Below are positions 29,158-43,272 of a stretch of 64,000 nucleotides of DNA, piece after piece. The position numbers were made by a program, and so were the translations under genes. Source of the stretch: Eledone cirrhosa (Eukaryota); NCBI GenBank assembly GCA_964016885.1, contig OZ024740.1:148056001-148120000 (forward strand), given 5' to 3'. The notes under the pieces are model-generated. The model made no database searches. It had not been told where the DNA came from and worked only from the letters and a program-made list of their open reading frames with translations. Each line of letters starts with the position of its first letter. Position 1 is the first letter of the stretch.

Positions 29158-29611
29158 ATTAAGTATGTTTTGAAACAGTGAGCAGGTTTGAAATTAGAAA
29201 ATAGAATAGCTCTCACCGTATTTTTGATAATGGGGTTTAGAACCCTCAGATAACCAAAGATGTGGGTTCGACTCCCATGTACATCAATACTCATCTTTTT
29301 CCATTTATCTGAGGGTTCTAAACCCCATTATCAGGCTAAAATTTCTTTAGTCAAAAATACGGTGAAAGATATTCTATTTTCTAATTTCAAACCTGCTCAC
29401 TGTTTCAAAACATACTTACTCGTCATTTATAATTGCTAAGAATGTAGCTTCTAATTTGAATGAAAGGAGATGGGTGATGTGTTGGTGTAATGGTAGCACA
29501 GTGGTCTGGACAACCAAAGATTTCGGTTCGACTCCAATGTACATCAATATTCATCTTTTTCCATTTATCAGAGGGTTCTAAACCCCATTATCAGGCTAAA
29601 ATTTCTTTAGT
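29157..29611 (+). mobile_element. tRNA-containing mini-element, 260-bp unit in partial tandem with a 5' inverted segment
   Basis: 29253-29351 is repeated at 29513-29611, and 29160-29252 is an inverted copy of about 29305-29418. A tRNA-like cloverleaf at about 29476-29546 has A box TGGTGTAATGG and B box GGTTCGACTCC. Confidence 0.7.
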
Positions 29612-29624
29612 TATATATATATAT

Positions 29625-32600
29625 AAGAAATTAGAATGGATGAATATGAAAAAACTAGAAGAAAGAAAAATAGAATATTCACAAAAATACCCAGATAACA
29701 TCAACAATATCCGTATGACTGATGTAGAACTACCGGAAGAATTTACCAATGACCACACAGTAAATATTTATGGAAACACTTTAATCCGTGAACAAGAACA
29801 ACACATCCTGCAGCTACCACCGAGATTTGCCATCTACAAAAAGATTAACCCTATCGAGTGCAAAACGGAGCTGGAAAAGTGTTTCACAAAAATATGTTGA
29901 AATGCAAAAGTAAACAACAACAACTATACGGACAACAATAACAATAATAACGATAGTAGTAATAACTCTGAGTATATAAATAACAGCTATAATAGTAATA
30001 GTCATAACAATAACAATAGCAGGAGAGTTAGAAATAGTAATAATGGTAATAATATTAACGATAGACAGAACAACAACAACAACCACAATAATAATAATAA
30101 TAGAAACATTAACTACAGACACAGCAGCAGCGACCACAGTAGTAATAATGGTAACAATACGAGTAACAACAACAACAACCACAGTGGTAATAATAGAAAT
30201 AATATATGTAGCAACATCAATGATAGACACAACAAAAACAAGAAACATAATAAAAGTAACAACCACAATGGTAGAAATAACAGTAACAACAACAATAACA
30301 GTGGAGAAAACAACAACAAAACATCTAACAATCACAGCAACAATACATCTAGCAATCACAACTATAATAATAATGCTAATGATAGGAACAACAACAACCA
30401 CCATAATAACAATAATAGCAACACACACAACCATGACAATAGATATGACAACCCCTTAGAGAAACTATTCTTCAACCCAGCTGACAAAACATATAAGATG
30501 GGTAATATCTATCCTACGATGTTACCCTTTAATAAAAGAGTTTGCATACCACAACAAATAGATGACGAGACAGAGGCACAGTTCACCATAGCTAGAAATA
30601 AGATTAGACAAATAGTAGACCGGTATACTAAGAGACAGAGCAGACCAGAGGTCCAACAACTTGGGAGGAAACCTGTAGAAGGCTTGGTTAGCCTGAAGCA
30701 GCGCACAAGGGATGGTGAGGTAGTATGTCTACCCACGGATAAGTATGGTAGGATGTCAATTGACAGCATGCCGAACTACATCAAAGCTATGCAACCCCAC
30801 ATCACCAACACGAGCGAAATTGCACAGCAAATACATGATGGGAGAGAGAAAATCCTCAACGCTCACATGATGATGTGGACCGACATCCTAAAGCCAAGCA
30901 GACGCACTGCCAACAACTTCCAGGCGTCTAACAATGGCATAACACCCTTGTATGGGCTCCGCAAAGACCACAAGACAGTCGACGACTCGACAATAGGACC
31001 ACCAACAAGACCTGTATACGGAGCAAATATAGCTAGCAACTACAGGATCTTCTACTTCCTCTCAATGGTTATACGCCCCATGATTAAGATGTCCCCAGAT
31101 GTATGTGACAGTACAGAGGACCTCCTCAGCAGAATCAGTGAGTGCAACAAAAACAGGAACCTATCCAACTGCATAATAGGCAGTATAGATGTGGTATCAC
31201 TGTACCCATCCATTAACATTGATTTTGCTGTGGAAAAATGTGTGGAGATGATCATTGAGAGTGAGGTGGAGTTCTGCGACGTCGACACAGACGAACTGGG
31301 CCTCCTACTTGGACTTACCTACGACAATGTCTACCTAGGCAGCCATGACCTTAGACGTTTCTGCCCCAGTAGACCCATAAGAGGTAGACCCCCCACCATA
31401 ACCTCAATGGCTAAAAAGACTCCCATGGGAAGGTGCTTTGGGTGGACCAAAGCTATACGGACCCCCCCAAAACAATGATCAGGTAAGAAAAATGGTCGCA
31501 CATGCAATAGGGGCTAGTATCAAAACTACCCTAAAGGGCCACATATTAAAGTTCAACGAGAAGATCTACACCCAAAATGAGGGAGCAGCCATTGGCGCCA
31601 GCATAGTTGGTGACGTTGCCAACCTTTTTATGGTATGGTGGGAAAGGAGACTCAAAGATCTCCTTGATGAGAGCTCCATAGACCTCATCATGTACTCTCG
31701 TTACGTAGACGACATCAATATAGTAATAAGGACATCACACAAGAGAGCACTAATAAGTTTGATTTAGAACGTAGCACAATGGAAAGCATCCAGCAGATAG
31801 CTAATTCCATACACCAGAGTATAACTGTAACTATCGACTACCCTTCCAAACACCCTAACAATAGACTACCTGTATTAGACACGGAACTCTGGATTAACAC
31901 TATAGACGAGAGTGCCCAAATTCTCCACTCACACTATGCTAAACCCATGGTTTCCAAATACCTGATACTCAAAAACTCAGCAATGTCCAGTAGTGCTAAG
32001 TTTAATATTCTGATCGCAGACTTGGTACGAGTGATGAAGAACGTGTCCCGCTTGTGCGACCCAACAGAAATGGAAAGACACATCCAACACTTCATCAACC
32101 GCATGCAGTTCTCTGGCTACAACCAAAGAGGCAGAATCAGGGTATACGAAGGAGCCACAGAGAAGTATAAGACCCTCATAGAACTGGACATGAAAGGAAT
32201 TTGCCCATTATACAGGAGCAAATCAGGGAATAGTTTAGATAGGACTAGACATAAGATAGGGAAAGCCACCTCATGTACGACAACCAGAGATACCAGAGTG
32301 TCATGTTTTTGGACGCTGGAGGGAAATTAGCTAACCAGTGTAGAAAGGCCTTGAGAAAGACCCACTTAAAGATTAAGGTGGTAGAAAAGCCAGGAACCAT
32401 CATAAAATCCCTGATCAGCAAAACCTACCTTTTTAAGAAAACCCACTGTACTAATAGGAAATGTATTATATGTAAAGTAAACCCCCGGATAAACTGTAAA
32501 ACTAGAAACGTAGTCTATAGCATAACATGTACAGAGGGTACTTGCAGAAACATGACAACAACATACATAGGCGAGACAGCTCGTAGTATAGGTGAAAGGA

Positions 32601-33330
32601 TAGACCAACACTGGGGGGAACTAAAAGGACGAAAACACGGTTCAGTACTATACGAACATGCTAGACAACAACACGACGGTAACATGGAGAACATAGAAAT
32701 TAGAATAATATCTAAACATAGAAATGACCCAGCAGATAGGCAAATCAGAGAGGCCAGCGAAATAGAACTTAGAAGGCCAAGGCTAAACATAAAAAATGAA
32801 TGGAATAACAACAACACCCAAACAAACAACACTGACCTAAGAGAAGTATAAATAAATAAATAAATAAATAAATACATACACAAGCACAATAACAACAAAC
32901 ACATAAACACACACTAGTGAACTAAGATAGAATACATTAACCAATACACAGTCACCCAAACACGAACACACATCAAACAAAACACTATACACACACGCAA
33001 ACGCATGCGCAGAGAAGACAAAAAATAAACAAATAAATAAATAAATAAATAAACAGACTAAATAAAGATGGCGTAGGCATACAATGCAACGGGAGGAAAC
33101 ATAATAGCACCACTGACGATGATGCAGATTTGCAACGAAAGAACTTTGATAGACTATATATATGTGTTTGTATCTGTATTTTTGACCGTTGGTCAGTCAA
33201 TGGTAACATTGAGGACCGAATAAATTAAATTAAACGATATAAAAGACACAGAAGCGAAAACCAACCAAACAGTGAGTGTGTTCTGTTATTAATCCTGGCA
33301 ATATTATTACACAAATATGACCCTCCCCTA
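29625..33330 (+). mobile_element. Penelope-like element A (RT plus GIY-YIG), mildly decayed, with Asn-rich insert
   Basis: LYGLRKDHK, DVVSLYPSI, GAAIG, YSRYVDDI, LPVLDTELW, C-x4-C-x2-C linker, NVVYSITC...YIGETARS..ER...H, LNIKNE. One in-frame TGA (29898) and frameshifts near 31460, 31770 and 32280. (TA)n on both sides. Confidence 0.92.
33104..33157 (+). ncRNA. Degenerate hammerhead motif in the 3' region of PLE A
   Basis: CTGACGA t GaTGCA-gatt-TGCAaC GAAA gaac TT. Stems I and III are imperfect. Confidence 0.45.
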
Positions 33331-33360
33331 TATATATATTTATATATTTATATATATATG

Positions 33361-33425
<65 letters not shown>

Positions 33426-33533
33426 AACGCACATATATATATATACATATATGTATATATATATATATACATATATGTATATATATATATATATATATAC
33501 ATACATTCATACATACATACACACATACATACA

Positions 33534-33628
<95 letters not shown>

Positions 33629-33672
33629 GAATATGTGAAGTTGTAGATGTTAATTAGTTCTTTACTAATAGA

Positions 33673-33723
33673 GCCGTTATACATATTTCAATGACGATCA
33701 ATATCGTGATTTCATCAGACAGC
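33673..33723 (-). ncRNA. Minimal type I hammerhead ribozyme
   Basis: GCTGT CTGATGA AATcACGAT-attg-ATCGTcATT GAA ATATGTAT A ACGGC: intact core, AUA triplet, near-palindromic stem III. Confidence 0.8.
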
Positions 33724-33855
33724 AAAATTGAGTAAAAGCTAACGTATCCGAGTCGAATATGGGTGGAAGGGAGCGGACTAACAAATATTATGCCTTTGTT
33801 TTGGTTTTCCGCATGATGTCGAGTGCTTGAATTGAATTGCATTCTTATCTACCTG

Positions 33856-33896
<41 letters not shown>

Positions 33897-33968
33897 CGTG
33901 TGCGTGTGCGTGTGCGTGTGTGTGTGTGTGTGTATATATAAGCTTAAAAATAAGAATAAGAAGAAAGC

Positions 33969-34095
33969 AAGAACGGGGGGGCGGGTTCTCCTCTTCAGTT
34001 GTCTGCTGGGGGGATCGGATATTTCAACGCATTAAAGACAATATATCTATCCGCAGTGCGTTCAATAACTAGGTAAGTTATTGAAAAACGGAGGA
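33969..34095 (-). ncRNA. Scrambled-order hammerhead-like motif, copy C
   Basis: AACGCA CTG cggata GATAT A TTGTCT ttaa TGCGTT GAAATATC cgatccccccagc AGACAA CTGAAGA GGAGAAC. Confidence 0.55.
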
Positions 34096-34558
34096 GGGAG
34101 GGAAGGAAAATATAGGATAACAGAAGGGAAAAGGGAAAAAAAGAGAGAAAAGTGAAAAACAGCGAAATAAAAAAACGAAAAAAAAACGCGAAACAACAAA
34201 CCGAAGAGTGTGCGAGCAACTTGAAGAAAGAAGATCCAAGTCCACGACCGTAACTGAACATAAGTTCCAGATCGCCCACACGGTTATAAAATTCATTCAT
34301 AAAAAGCTTTTCTCTTTTTAACCCAATATTATTGTGTATTTCATTTCGTTCTCTCGTTTGGTTTCTTCATTGAATTCAATAAAGTGAACAGAAAGGAAAA
34401 TATACCATAGGCCAGATAAATAAAAATATGTGAAAGTGCGCAACCTCTAAATATTATTCGATTGACCTATTCGGCATACTTCGTTAACTTAATTCAAACA
34501 CGAGCGTAATGAACATGAGATGATTTGCGAATAATTTACAAAAATGGAACACCCTAAT

Positions 34559-34648
<90 letters not shown>

Positions 34649-37180
34649 TTTCTTAATTTCGAAATTGTTCTTTAAGAAAAGAAAATGTTTGTTTGGGCAC
34701 ATCTAAATAAATTGATTATTCTAACACAAATATTTATATTCCCAATATCTCTTAATTTGAAATCCTATCTTCCAATGTCTCACCGAAAACCTATATGAAT
34801 GAATTTCGGTTTACCAAATGGACAGATGCAGATAATCAGAATATGAAGAACGAACGTGTACCTATTTTATAAATTATAGTTAGATTAGCAGTTTGCTAGG
34901 ATGTGCATCTACCATCAGGTCTTTGCTCTGTCACCAGTAACCATATTTATATAGAGATTCTTACTTTACATTTTCAACAAGAGTGGTGAAGACTATGCTG
35001 TGTTGATGAGGTCATAATAAAATCGAGACACATCAGGAGTTCTCTTCCGTACTTACTCGGTTATACTTTTTTTGCCCTATTACTGGCTTCAGTCATCAGG
35101 ACGGACACCGCCTTTAAGTGTTTTAGCTAACGATATCAACTTCCATTTGTATTTTATTTATTTTATCAATTTCTATTTATCGAATCGCTAAGTAACGCTT
35201 TGGTATAAAGGGACCAAACTCATGGGTTCATCTAGTTAATATAAACGGAGACACAAACAGCCGAAATGAATAAAACAATTGTTTCTACTTTCGGCACAAG
35301 GCCAATAATTTTGGGGGGTGGAGAGGAAAGTCGATAAATCGACCCCCAGTTCGTTACTGATTCTTTATGTTATCTTTATGTGAGTGAATGAATTATTTTA
35401 CACTAATTCCGATGTAGGTGACATCGTTCGGAATAGACTTCACAACTTCTAGCTTTCTCAAGATAACTTAATTATATGTAAATGTGTTAGTTTATTTCTT
35501 GCATTATGACAAATCATGTAAGAAAGATCTCCAGTTGATCTAATTACGACTTTTTTTTTACGCGAAATTATTTGTAAATTGCTGAATTTTTTTTACATTG
35601 CCTCAAACCAAAACGGTTTCTCAATTTTGAGGTTGCATTCATGTAACTCATCCCGCCTTCAAACCCAGCTTTTACCCAGCCAGACATTACTGTCTCCATG
35701 ATAATTAGAATATCCGATCACAGCCTAATCAAGGCAACACGCTGCACATTCCTAATACACAAGTCAGTTAATTTGTTAAAGATCCGCTTTTTCTATATCA
35801 ATTATGTTTGGTGTCAAATATTTCATCCATGACTCAACTTAGACAATTATGTGAGGAACCGAAATCATTTTCCAAGAATCGTCTCCAAGAATCCTCACAC
35901 AACGAAAGCCCATAACCTTAAAACCTGCAGCAGTATAGGCAGAGAACACTGCTTATAATGCCTAGAGGGAATAACCTACTTCCAATAACTAGGAGGCTTT
36001 TATGTTTGCTAGACTACTATCAGAGTAGCAAAGGATCTATTTGCGCATTGCACAACTTGCAAGCACTTTCAATTTCCAAACTGTAGCAGAGCCTTGTGGT
36101 CCATCTTAATCAATACTCTTCAGCCAACACAGTTTTATTCTGAGAACGCTTGTTGAAATGTTTTCCAGCTTCAGATACTCAACTAAACCTCTCCCCCAAA
36201 CTCTCCTTCTGTATGCTCCCAGATATACCACTATGTCTCCACAGAGACGTATGAAAACTAACTCGATCACTCAAAACAAACATGACGACTCATTCTGATG
36301 CTGTTACCTCTACCACTATTAAACAACGCTCTCTAAATATGGCTCTTATCTTCACCATATTCTTCAATCTCTCTCTCTCTTGACTGAGTTTTATCTCAAT
36401 ATCTAGGAGCCCTACAGTCTGTTACATTCTGCGAAATTACGACTTTTCTTATCTTGTCAACTAATCACCTATTGGCTTCACAACATATCAAATATGTTAG
36501 AAATATTGTATATTTCTAAGATATATGCTTTCATTATTTTAATTTTGCCTTTCATCCTTACGGGGTCGATCAAATAAAGTACCAGTAATGCACTGGGATA
36601 ATTGCTGGCCTTGTGTCAAAAGTAGAAACAATTATTTTATTAAGTCTCCCACCATTCTCACTGGCTATTATATTTGTAGAACCATATCTAACTCGGTTAC
36701 CAAGACACATCTCCTAGTTTTCGCTCTAAATACTTTCCCCTAGTAATCCCTTCTCAGAACACCCTCTAGAATTCTCTCCCACACACGCTTCTCTAGAATT
36801 CTCTCCCACACACGCTTTTCATGCAAAAATCAACCTACAATTGTTCAGGCGAAACATGAATATCTTATAGAAACATCTTTTGACTATCTTATTTTTAAAA
36901 ATGTGAAAAATAGTAATCTGTATCATACGTAGCACACTGCCGTCAATAATTTACTTATGGTTTAGTGTTTGATACCATTTGTAAATCGCATCTAAATGAA
37001 TCAAATTTGTAAATTGCTGTTAATATGAGCTTCTACTAAGGTAAGTGGATTGGTAGAATTGGCAAAGCTTCAGATAAAATGTCATTGCGGTATTTGTTTT
37101 GTCTTTACATTTTAAGATAAAATTCAACTTTGCCATTCATCCTTCCTGCGTCGATAAAATAAAGTACCAGTCCAGTAGCG

Positions 37181-37440
37181 TGGAGGCGCGTGGCCTAGTG
37201 GTAAGGGTGTTAAACATACGATCATAATGCCGTGGGTTCGATTCCTGGGCTGGATTACGTGTTGTGTTCTTGAGCAAAACACTTCATTTCACATTGCTCC
37301 ATTATACTCAACTGGAAGTGAGAACCAGCGATTGACTGGTGACCTGTCCAAGGGGGAGGGGAGTCATGTGCTCTCAGTCGCTTCACGCCATGGAACCGGG
37401 ATAAGCACCGGCCTAACGAGCCTTCTGGCTTAAGACAGAC
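37181..37440 (+). mobile_element. tRNA-derived SINE of a second family, inserted in a Meta-core SINE
   Basis: GGAGGCGCGTGGCCTAGTGG A box, GGTTCGATTCC B box and TGTGTTCTTGAGCAAAACACTT core. Host SINE halves lie at about 37040-37175 and 37445-37520. Related copies at about 17000-17100 and 22720-22930 (minus). Confidence 0.8.
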
Positions 37441-37819
37441 TTTAGTCAAGTAGTGGTGTCAATTTCACCGGCTTTGTCCTTCGACCAAATTTGCTGGCCT
37501 TGTGTCTAAATTAAAAATCAGTATGAAGGTCTATGACAGAACCACCAAGTTAAATTGGGTTTAATGAGTAAAGCAAATCTTTTTATCTCATCTACATAGA
37601 TGTTTAATACTTGACACTTGAAAATGAAAAAAAGGTTTTCAAATTGTGGATAATCAATCGAAAAATAATTCCAATATGCTGATTTCCTACATTATAAGAT
37701 ATCGCCGATTGAATGAAACTTGATATACGGCAGGTAATTATTTTCTTGACATATAGAGGGTGAAAAGTCAACCCCAGCGGAATTTGAACTCACAGCGTAA
37801 AAAGATGAAACTAAATACA

Positions 37820-38002
37820 TTTGGCAGTATCGGTAGAGGGTCGGACGCCATGCTTTGCAGCATAGAGTTACGGCCCTTTACGATATAAGTTCAAATCCCG
37901 CCGAGGTTAACTTTGCCTTTCATCCTTACGGGGTCGATAAAATAAAGTACCAGTAATGCACTGGGATAATTGCTGGCCTTGTGCCAAATGTAGAACCAAT
38001 TA
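37820..38002 (+). mobile_element. Meta-core SINE, well-preserved copy
   Basis: TTGGCAGTATCGGTAGAG A box, AGTTCAAATCCC B box, full core and tail. Confidence 0.85.
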
Positions 38003-38118
38003 TTAGGAATACATCTTTTCTTTTTCTATCATCTACAGAAAGATGCAATGAGTATGTAAACGATGGCAGGATTGAAACGCAGTGATACGCAATACTAGCG
38101 CTAAACATATTATAAACG

Positions 38119-38183
<65 letters not shown>

Positions 38184-38207
38184 ATGTATGTATGTGTGTG
38201 TATGTGA

Positions 38208-38270
<63 letters not shown>

Positions 38271-38712
38271 TAAAGAACTGCACTATGCTATGATTTATTT
38301 TAAATTACATAAGAAAAAGTTTATATCACCACCGATAGCCGGCTTGCGTTAACGATCCATACAAATCAATGAATTCAGTAAAGTAGCCAATCAGAGCTAG
38401 CCTATAATAACGGACGTAAATATGTTAATATGGAAACAAAAATCGATGGAGAAGTTATAAATAGAGGAAGAAGTCTGTATAATCACAGAGATATAAAAAA
38501 TCCAAACATTACTATATGGACGCAGACATTGCTATGCGGTTACGAATCACGCTTTACAGCCACGTGGTTTCGGGTTCTGTCACCCTTTGGGTCACCTTGT
38601 GCAGGTGTCTTTTACTGTATACCTCAGTTTGATTAATGCTTTGTAAATGAGATTTGATAGATGGTAACTGCGGAAGACCTTCGTACACACACACACACAC
38701 ACATGTATATTA

Positions 38713-38774
<62 letters not shown>

Positions 38775-38868
38775 TGTGTGTGTGTGTGTGTATGTCTGTG
38801 TATGTATATATGTTTGCCTTGCCATGGACACTTACTACTCATGGAATCTATATTTATAAAACCATATT

Positions 38869-38932
38869 TATTTTATTATATATATTTCTAGGGTACCAAG
38901 ACAACATTGGTACGCTTTCATCAGATAAAATA
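38869..38932 (-). ncRNA. Type I hammerhead ribozyme in PLE B 3' pLTR
   Basis: TATTTTAT CTGATGA aagcGTACCAA-tgttgtc-TTGGTACccta GAA ATATATAT A ATAAAATA: 8-bp stem I and palindromic stem III. Confidence 0.75.
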
Positions 38933-41900
38933 CAAAGTTTGTTTTATAAATAGAGACATACCCATGAAAATCATACCTTATCGGCTGGAAATTCACTAGT
39001 TAGTGGAAATATATTAGGGATTATTCAAACTTATGTGCGAATATGCAAATGAACATGTAAATAATTGAAAAACAACCGTTTATTTAAACGACACTGGAGA
39101 AAGAGAGAGAGAAGATAGAGAGAAGATATAAGGGAGAAAGATCAAAATAGTACGGGAGAGAGAGAATAAATAAACAAGAGAGGATGAATAAAACTCATAT
39201 AACGTTAATTTTGGGGAAATATATTCTAAGTATATATATTAATAGTACGTGTATTTACGATTATTAGTTGTTTAAAATTCGTTTATAATATAATATATTC
39301 TGTTATAAGTAGATAAATAAATAAATAAATAAATAGATAAATAAAAAAATAGATGGGTATATCATGTTATAGATAATTGTTTTAATGAGTTATGAGGGAT
39401 ATTGGTTTTGTATGAGTTATGAGGGATTTGTAAGTAAATATTAAGTTAAATTAAATTAACTGAGTTAAAAAGAATATTTATATTTATATATTTTAAAATG
39501 GGAAGATACGGAAAAACTCCAGTTTAATTTATTTATTCGTTAGTATGAGACTAGTAAAAAAATTGTAACTGTTGAAAGATATATTTAGCCAGAATCAGTT
39601 AGTGGTTATAAATCTAATAAATAATATTGAAAAAATATAAAAAATTTGAGAAATTCTTTTTAAAAATAATTAATAAGTGATAAGTAATTTTTAAAAGAAA
39701 TACAAAATTAAAGAAATAAAAATAAAGAATTAAAAATTATTAAGATTAAAATTAGAATTAAAATTAAAATTTAAAAAAATTAGAATTATATATGTATATA
39801 TTTTATGAAACTTTAAAAAGTGGAATTATAGCAAATGTTATAGATATTATGATTTAGAGATATCAATATATTAAAACCAGGTGGATAAAATTGTTATGGA
39901 AATAAGTAGAAATATTATAAGTATAATTATAATTTATATATAGTTCTGAATGTTGAATTCAGGCGATGTCTACAAGAATTAAATAAATTCGTTCTTAGAT
40001 TAATAGAGTTCTTACATTTAAGTATGAAACAAATTTCCTCAACACACAATTTGCAGTATCTAGATAAAGCTGTGTTTCACTACGCGGGTGCCTCGAAATT
40101 ATTTCCCAAGTTAAAGAATAGTCCATATTTTTGCATTTTAAGTTCCATATCTGGTTTGAAAGAGAAGTTGAAGATTTTTTAATAAATTCTTTAGAAAGAG
40201 CATTTGTGATTATTCCAGCGACTTTTAAATTCTGTAGAAGTTGCACCTACATAGTTAAATATATTATCACTGGTTTTAACTGTACAAGACCACGTCCTTA
40301 TTTTGTAAAGGACAGTTTGATTTAATTCTACAGTTACATTTTGCGGAGTTGTTATTCAGAACGGTACTATTATGTTGGATATTGCTAGAGATATTACTGC
40401 TATTTTGGTTATTTTGGTTAGGGTTTAAATTTCTATTATCAATTCTATTTATATTTTGTGCTATGTTCATAGTAGTACAGTAGGAGAGTTTTATAGTATG
40501 TCTGTTAAAGATTGAATGGTATCTGTGGGCTTTAGGAAAACATTTATCTAGTGCTTTAAAGAATAGCTTTGCTAAAGGTATTTTTACGCTTAATGAGAAT
40601 GGTGGTGAGTACCAAATAATATTTCTAGTTCTATTTCTTCTGTTTTTTTTAGAGTTTAAGTTAGATTTTTTTAATTATAATTATAATTAGTAGGGTTATT
40701 TGGCCTTATTACTGTTCTCGATGTATTTAATCTTATTTACATAGCCTGCTCTATTTAAAGCTTCATTATAATATTCTGTCTTATCGTCAAAAATGTTTTT
40801 ATTAGCGGAGATGCGTGAAATACGTTGTTGGATAGAATTGACATTAGTGTTCTTGATAGATTTAGGATGATTAGAGTTAAAACTTACATAGTTTAGATTC
40901 TCATTAATTTTATGGAATGGATAGTAGAGCCCTGTGTTAAGGTTTAATGTTACGTCTAAAAAGTTAACAATTTTATATTTATTCTCTATCTCTAACTTAA
41001 GGTTGTAGCTATTGAAGAATTGTATTATGGATTTTCTTTTCCTATTCATTTCACAATTACTATGATTTTCAATTAAGAGCAGCATATCAACACGATATAA
41101 ACCACCGGTCATCTCTGGTATTTTTCTATGCAGTGTATTTTTAATAAATGGCCCCACAAGATACCTTATTTGCGCCGAGTCTGATGATCCCATGGTGATA
41201 TCAAAACTACTTTTTCTATCGGCTCTTGTCCAGAGATGATTATTGAATTCAATTAAAGTTTTCCGTGCAGTTAAAATAATATGCATTTCTTCGCTAGATA
41301 AATCTGTATGTTTAAATGCATAGATAAGAGCTTTATTAAGTAAACTAGGAGTAATAAAGGAGTAGTAGTTTGCAATATCCATTTGTATGAATTTTTTGTT
41401 ATGTTTAAATTTTATATTATTGAACCAATCTATAACTTCGTTAGTACCGTTCCATAGTTTTAGGTAAGATATTTCTTTAAGTTGCGGTATGATTCTATCT
41501 AATATATGTTTACTAACTATGCCTAAGTCTGATTTAGATGGTGCTATAAGTCTGACTGGTAGTTCTATTTCAAAGTTTCTTTTGTGGTCTTTCAGATTAA
41601 TTTTTGGTCTTCTAGGTATAAAGGGTTCGGTCTTATTTTCGATACCTAATTTATGAATTATTTCAGAAGCTCTCTATTTACCATTTCAAGATCTTCATTA
41701 GTTGTTATTTTGTAGTTTTTCCTTAGTTCTTTCAATATAAGCTTATTGTATTCGTCCTTTTGCATTCCGTATAGATTGTTAGTTTTGTCAGATTTTACGA
41801 GGATTTTCTCAGTTTTTTCAAGATTGTCTATATTATTCTTAAGGCTTTTAAGGTATTCCTGGCCTGCAAATTGGTTTTTCTTTAATTTGATGTTTTGTAT

Positions 41901-43208
41901 AATTGATATTATTTCATTTTCAAATTCCATTAATAGTTTGTTGTTAGGTGGATTTTCTTGGATTTGAAGATCATATCGAAGTTGTAACTGGATTTATTTG
42001 TTTTTTCATCTGATTTTCTATCGAAATGGAAGGCATGCCATCTAAGTCTTCGTATAAAGGAGTCAGATTTCTCAATGAGTTGTTTAAGATAGTCCTTTAT
42101 CTTAGGTAAAGGTACATCTTTTAGAGAAGAAGAAATCCTAAAGAATTCCATTATTTAGCAATCAGTTATAATTTAAAGTGCTCAACATTAAAGGAGCTAT
42201 TTTTAAGTAGAAGGGGTATTCAATTTGTTGGAAGTCCGACAAATATCAATGTTTATAACTGATTTAGAGCACTCAACAGTTTTAATATATTGATATCTCT
42301 AAATTTATAACATTTGCTATAATTCCACTTCTTAAAGTTTCATAAAATATATACATATATAATTCTAATTTTTTTAAATTTTAATTTTAATTCTAATTTT
42401 AATCTTAATAATTTTTAATTCTTTATTTTTATTTCTTTAATTTTGTATTTCTTTTAAAAATTACTTATCACTTATTAATTATTTAAAAAAAAGATTTCTC
42501 AGATTTTTAATATTTTTTCAATATTATTTATTAGATTTATAACTAACTGATTCTGGCTAAATATATCTTTCAACATTTATACTTTTTTGACTAAATAGTC
42601 TCATACTAACGAATAAATAAATTAAACTGGAGTTTTTCCGTATCTTCCCATTTTAAAATATATAAATATAAATATCCTTATTAACTCAGTTACTCTAATT
42701 TAATTTAACTTAATATTTACTTACATTAAATACAAAACCAATATCCCTCATAACTCATTAAAACAATTATCTATAACATGATATACCCATCGATTTATTT
42801 ATTTATCTATTTATTTATTTATTTATTTATTTAACTATTTATTTATTTATTTATTTATCTACTTATAACATAATATATATTATAAACGAATTTTAAACAA
42901 CTAATAATCGTAAATACACGTACTATTAAGATATATACTTAGAATATATTTCCCCCAAATTAACGTTAAATGAGTTTTATTCGTCCTCCCTTGTTTATTT
43001 CTTCTCTCTCATACTATTTTGATCTTTCTCCCCTTATATCTTCTCTCTCTCTTTCTCCAGTGTCGTTTAAATAAACGGTTGTTTTTCAATTATTTGCATA
43101 TTCACACATAAGTTTGAATAATCCCTAATATATTTACACTATCCAGTGAATTTCCAATCGATAAGGTATGATTTTCATGGGTATGTCTCTATTTATAAAA
43201 CAACTTTC

Positions 43209-43272
43209 TATTTTATCTGATGAAAGCGTACCAATGTTGTCTTGGTACCCTAGAAATATATATTATAAAATA
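43209..43272 (+). ncRNA. Inverted-copy hammerhead of PLE B (AUU triplet)
   Basis: Same fold as 38869-38932, with the H position changed from A to U. Confidence 0.7.

Noticed and set aside
29476-29546. Functional tRNA-Ser(GGA) gene
   Set aside because: Mismatched stems, no long variable arm, and it is embedded in a repeated mobile unit.
29898-29900. In-frame TGA in PLE A as selenocysteine, as reported for some Naiad PLEs
   Set aside because: It is a single TGA at the position of a conserved Trp (KxRW), so a TGG-to-TGA mutation is simpler. The element has other lesions and I saw no SECIS.
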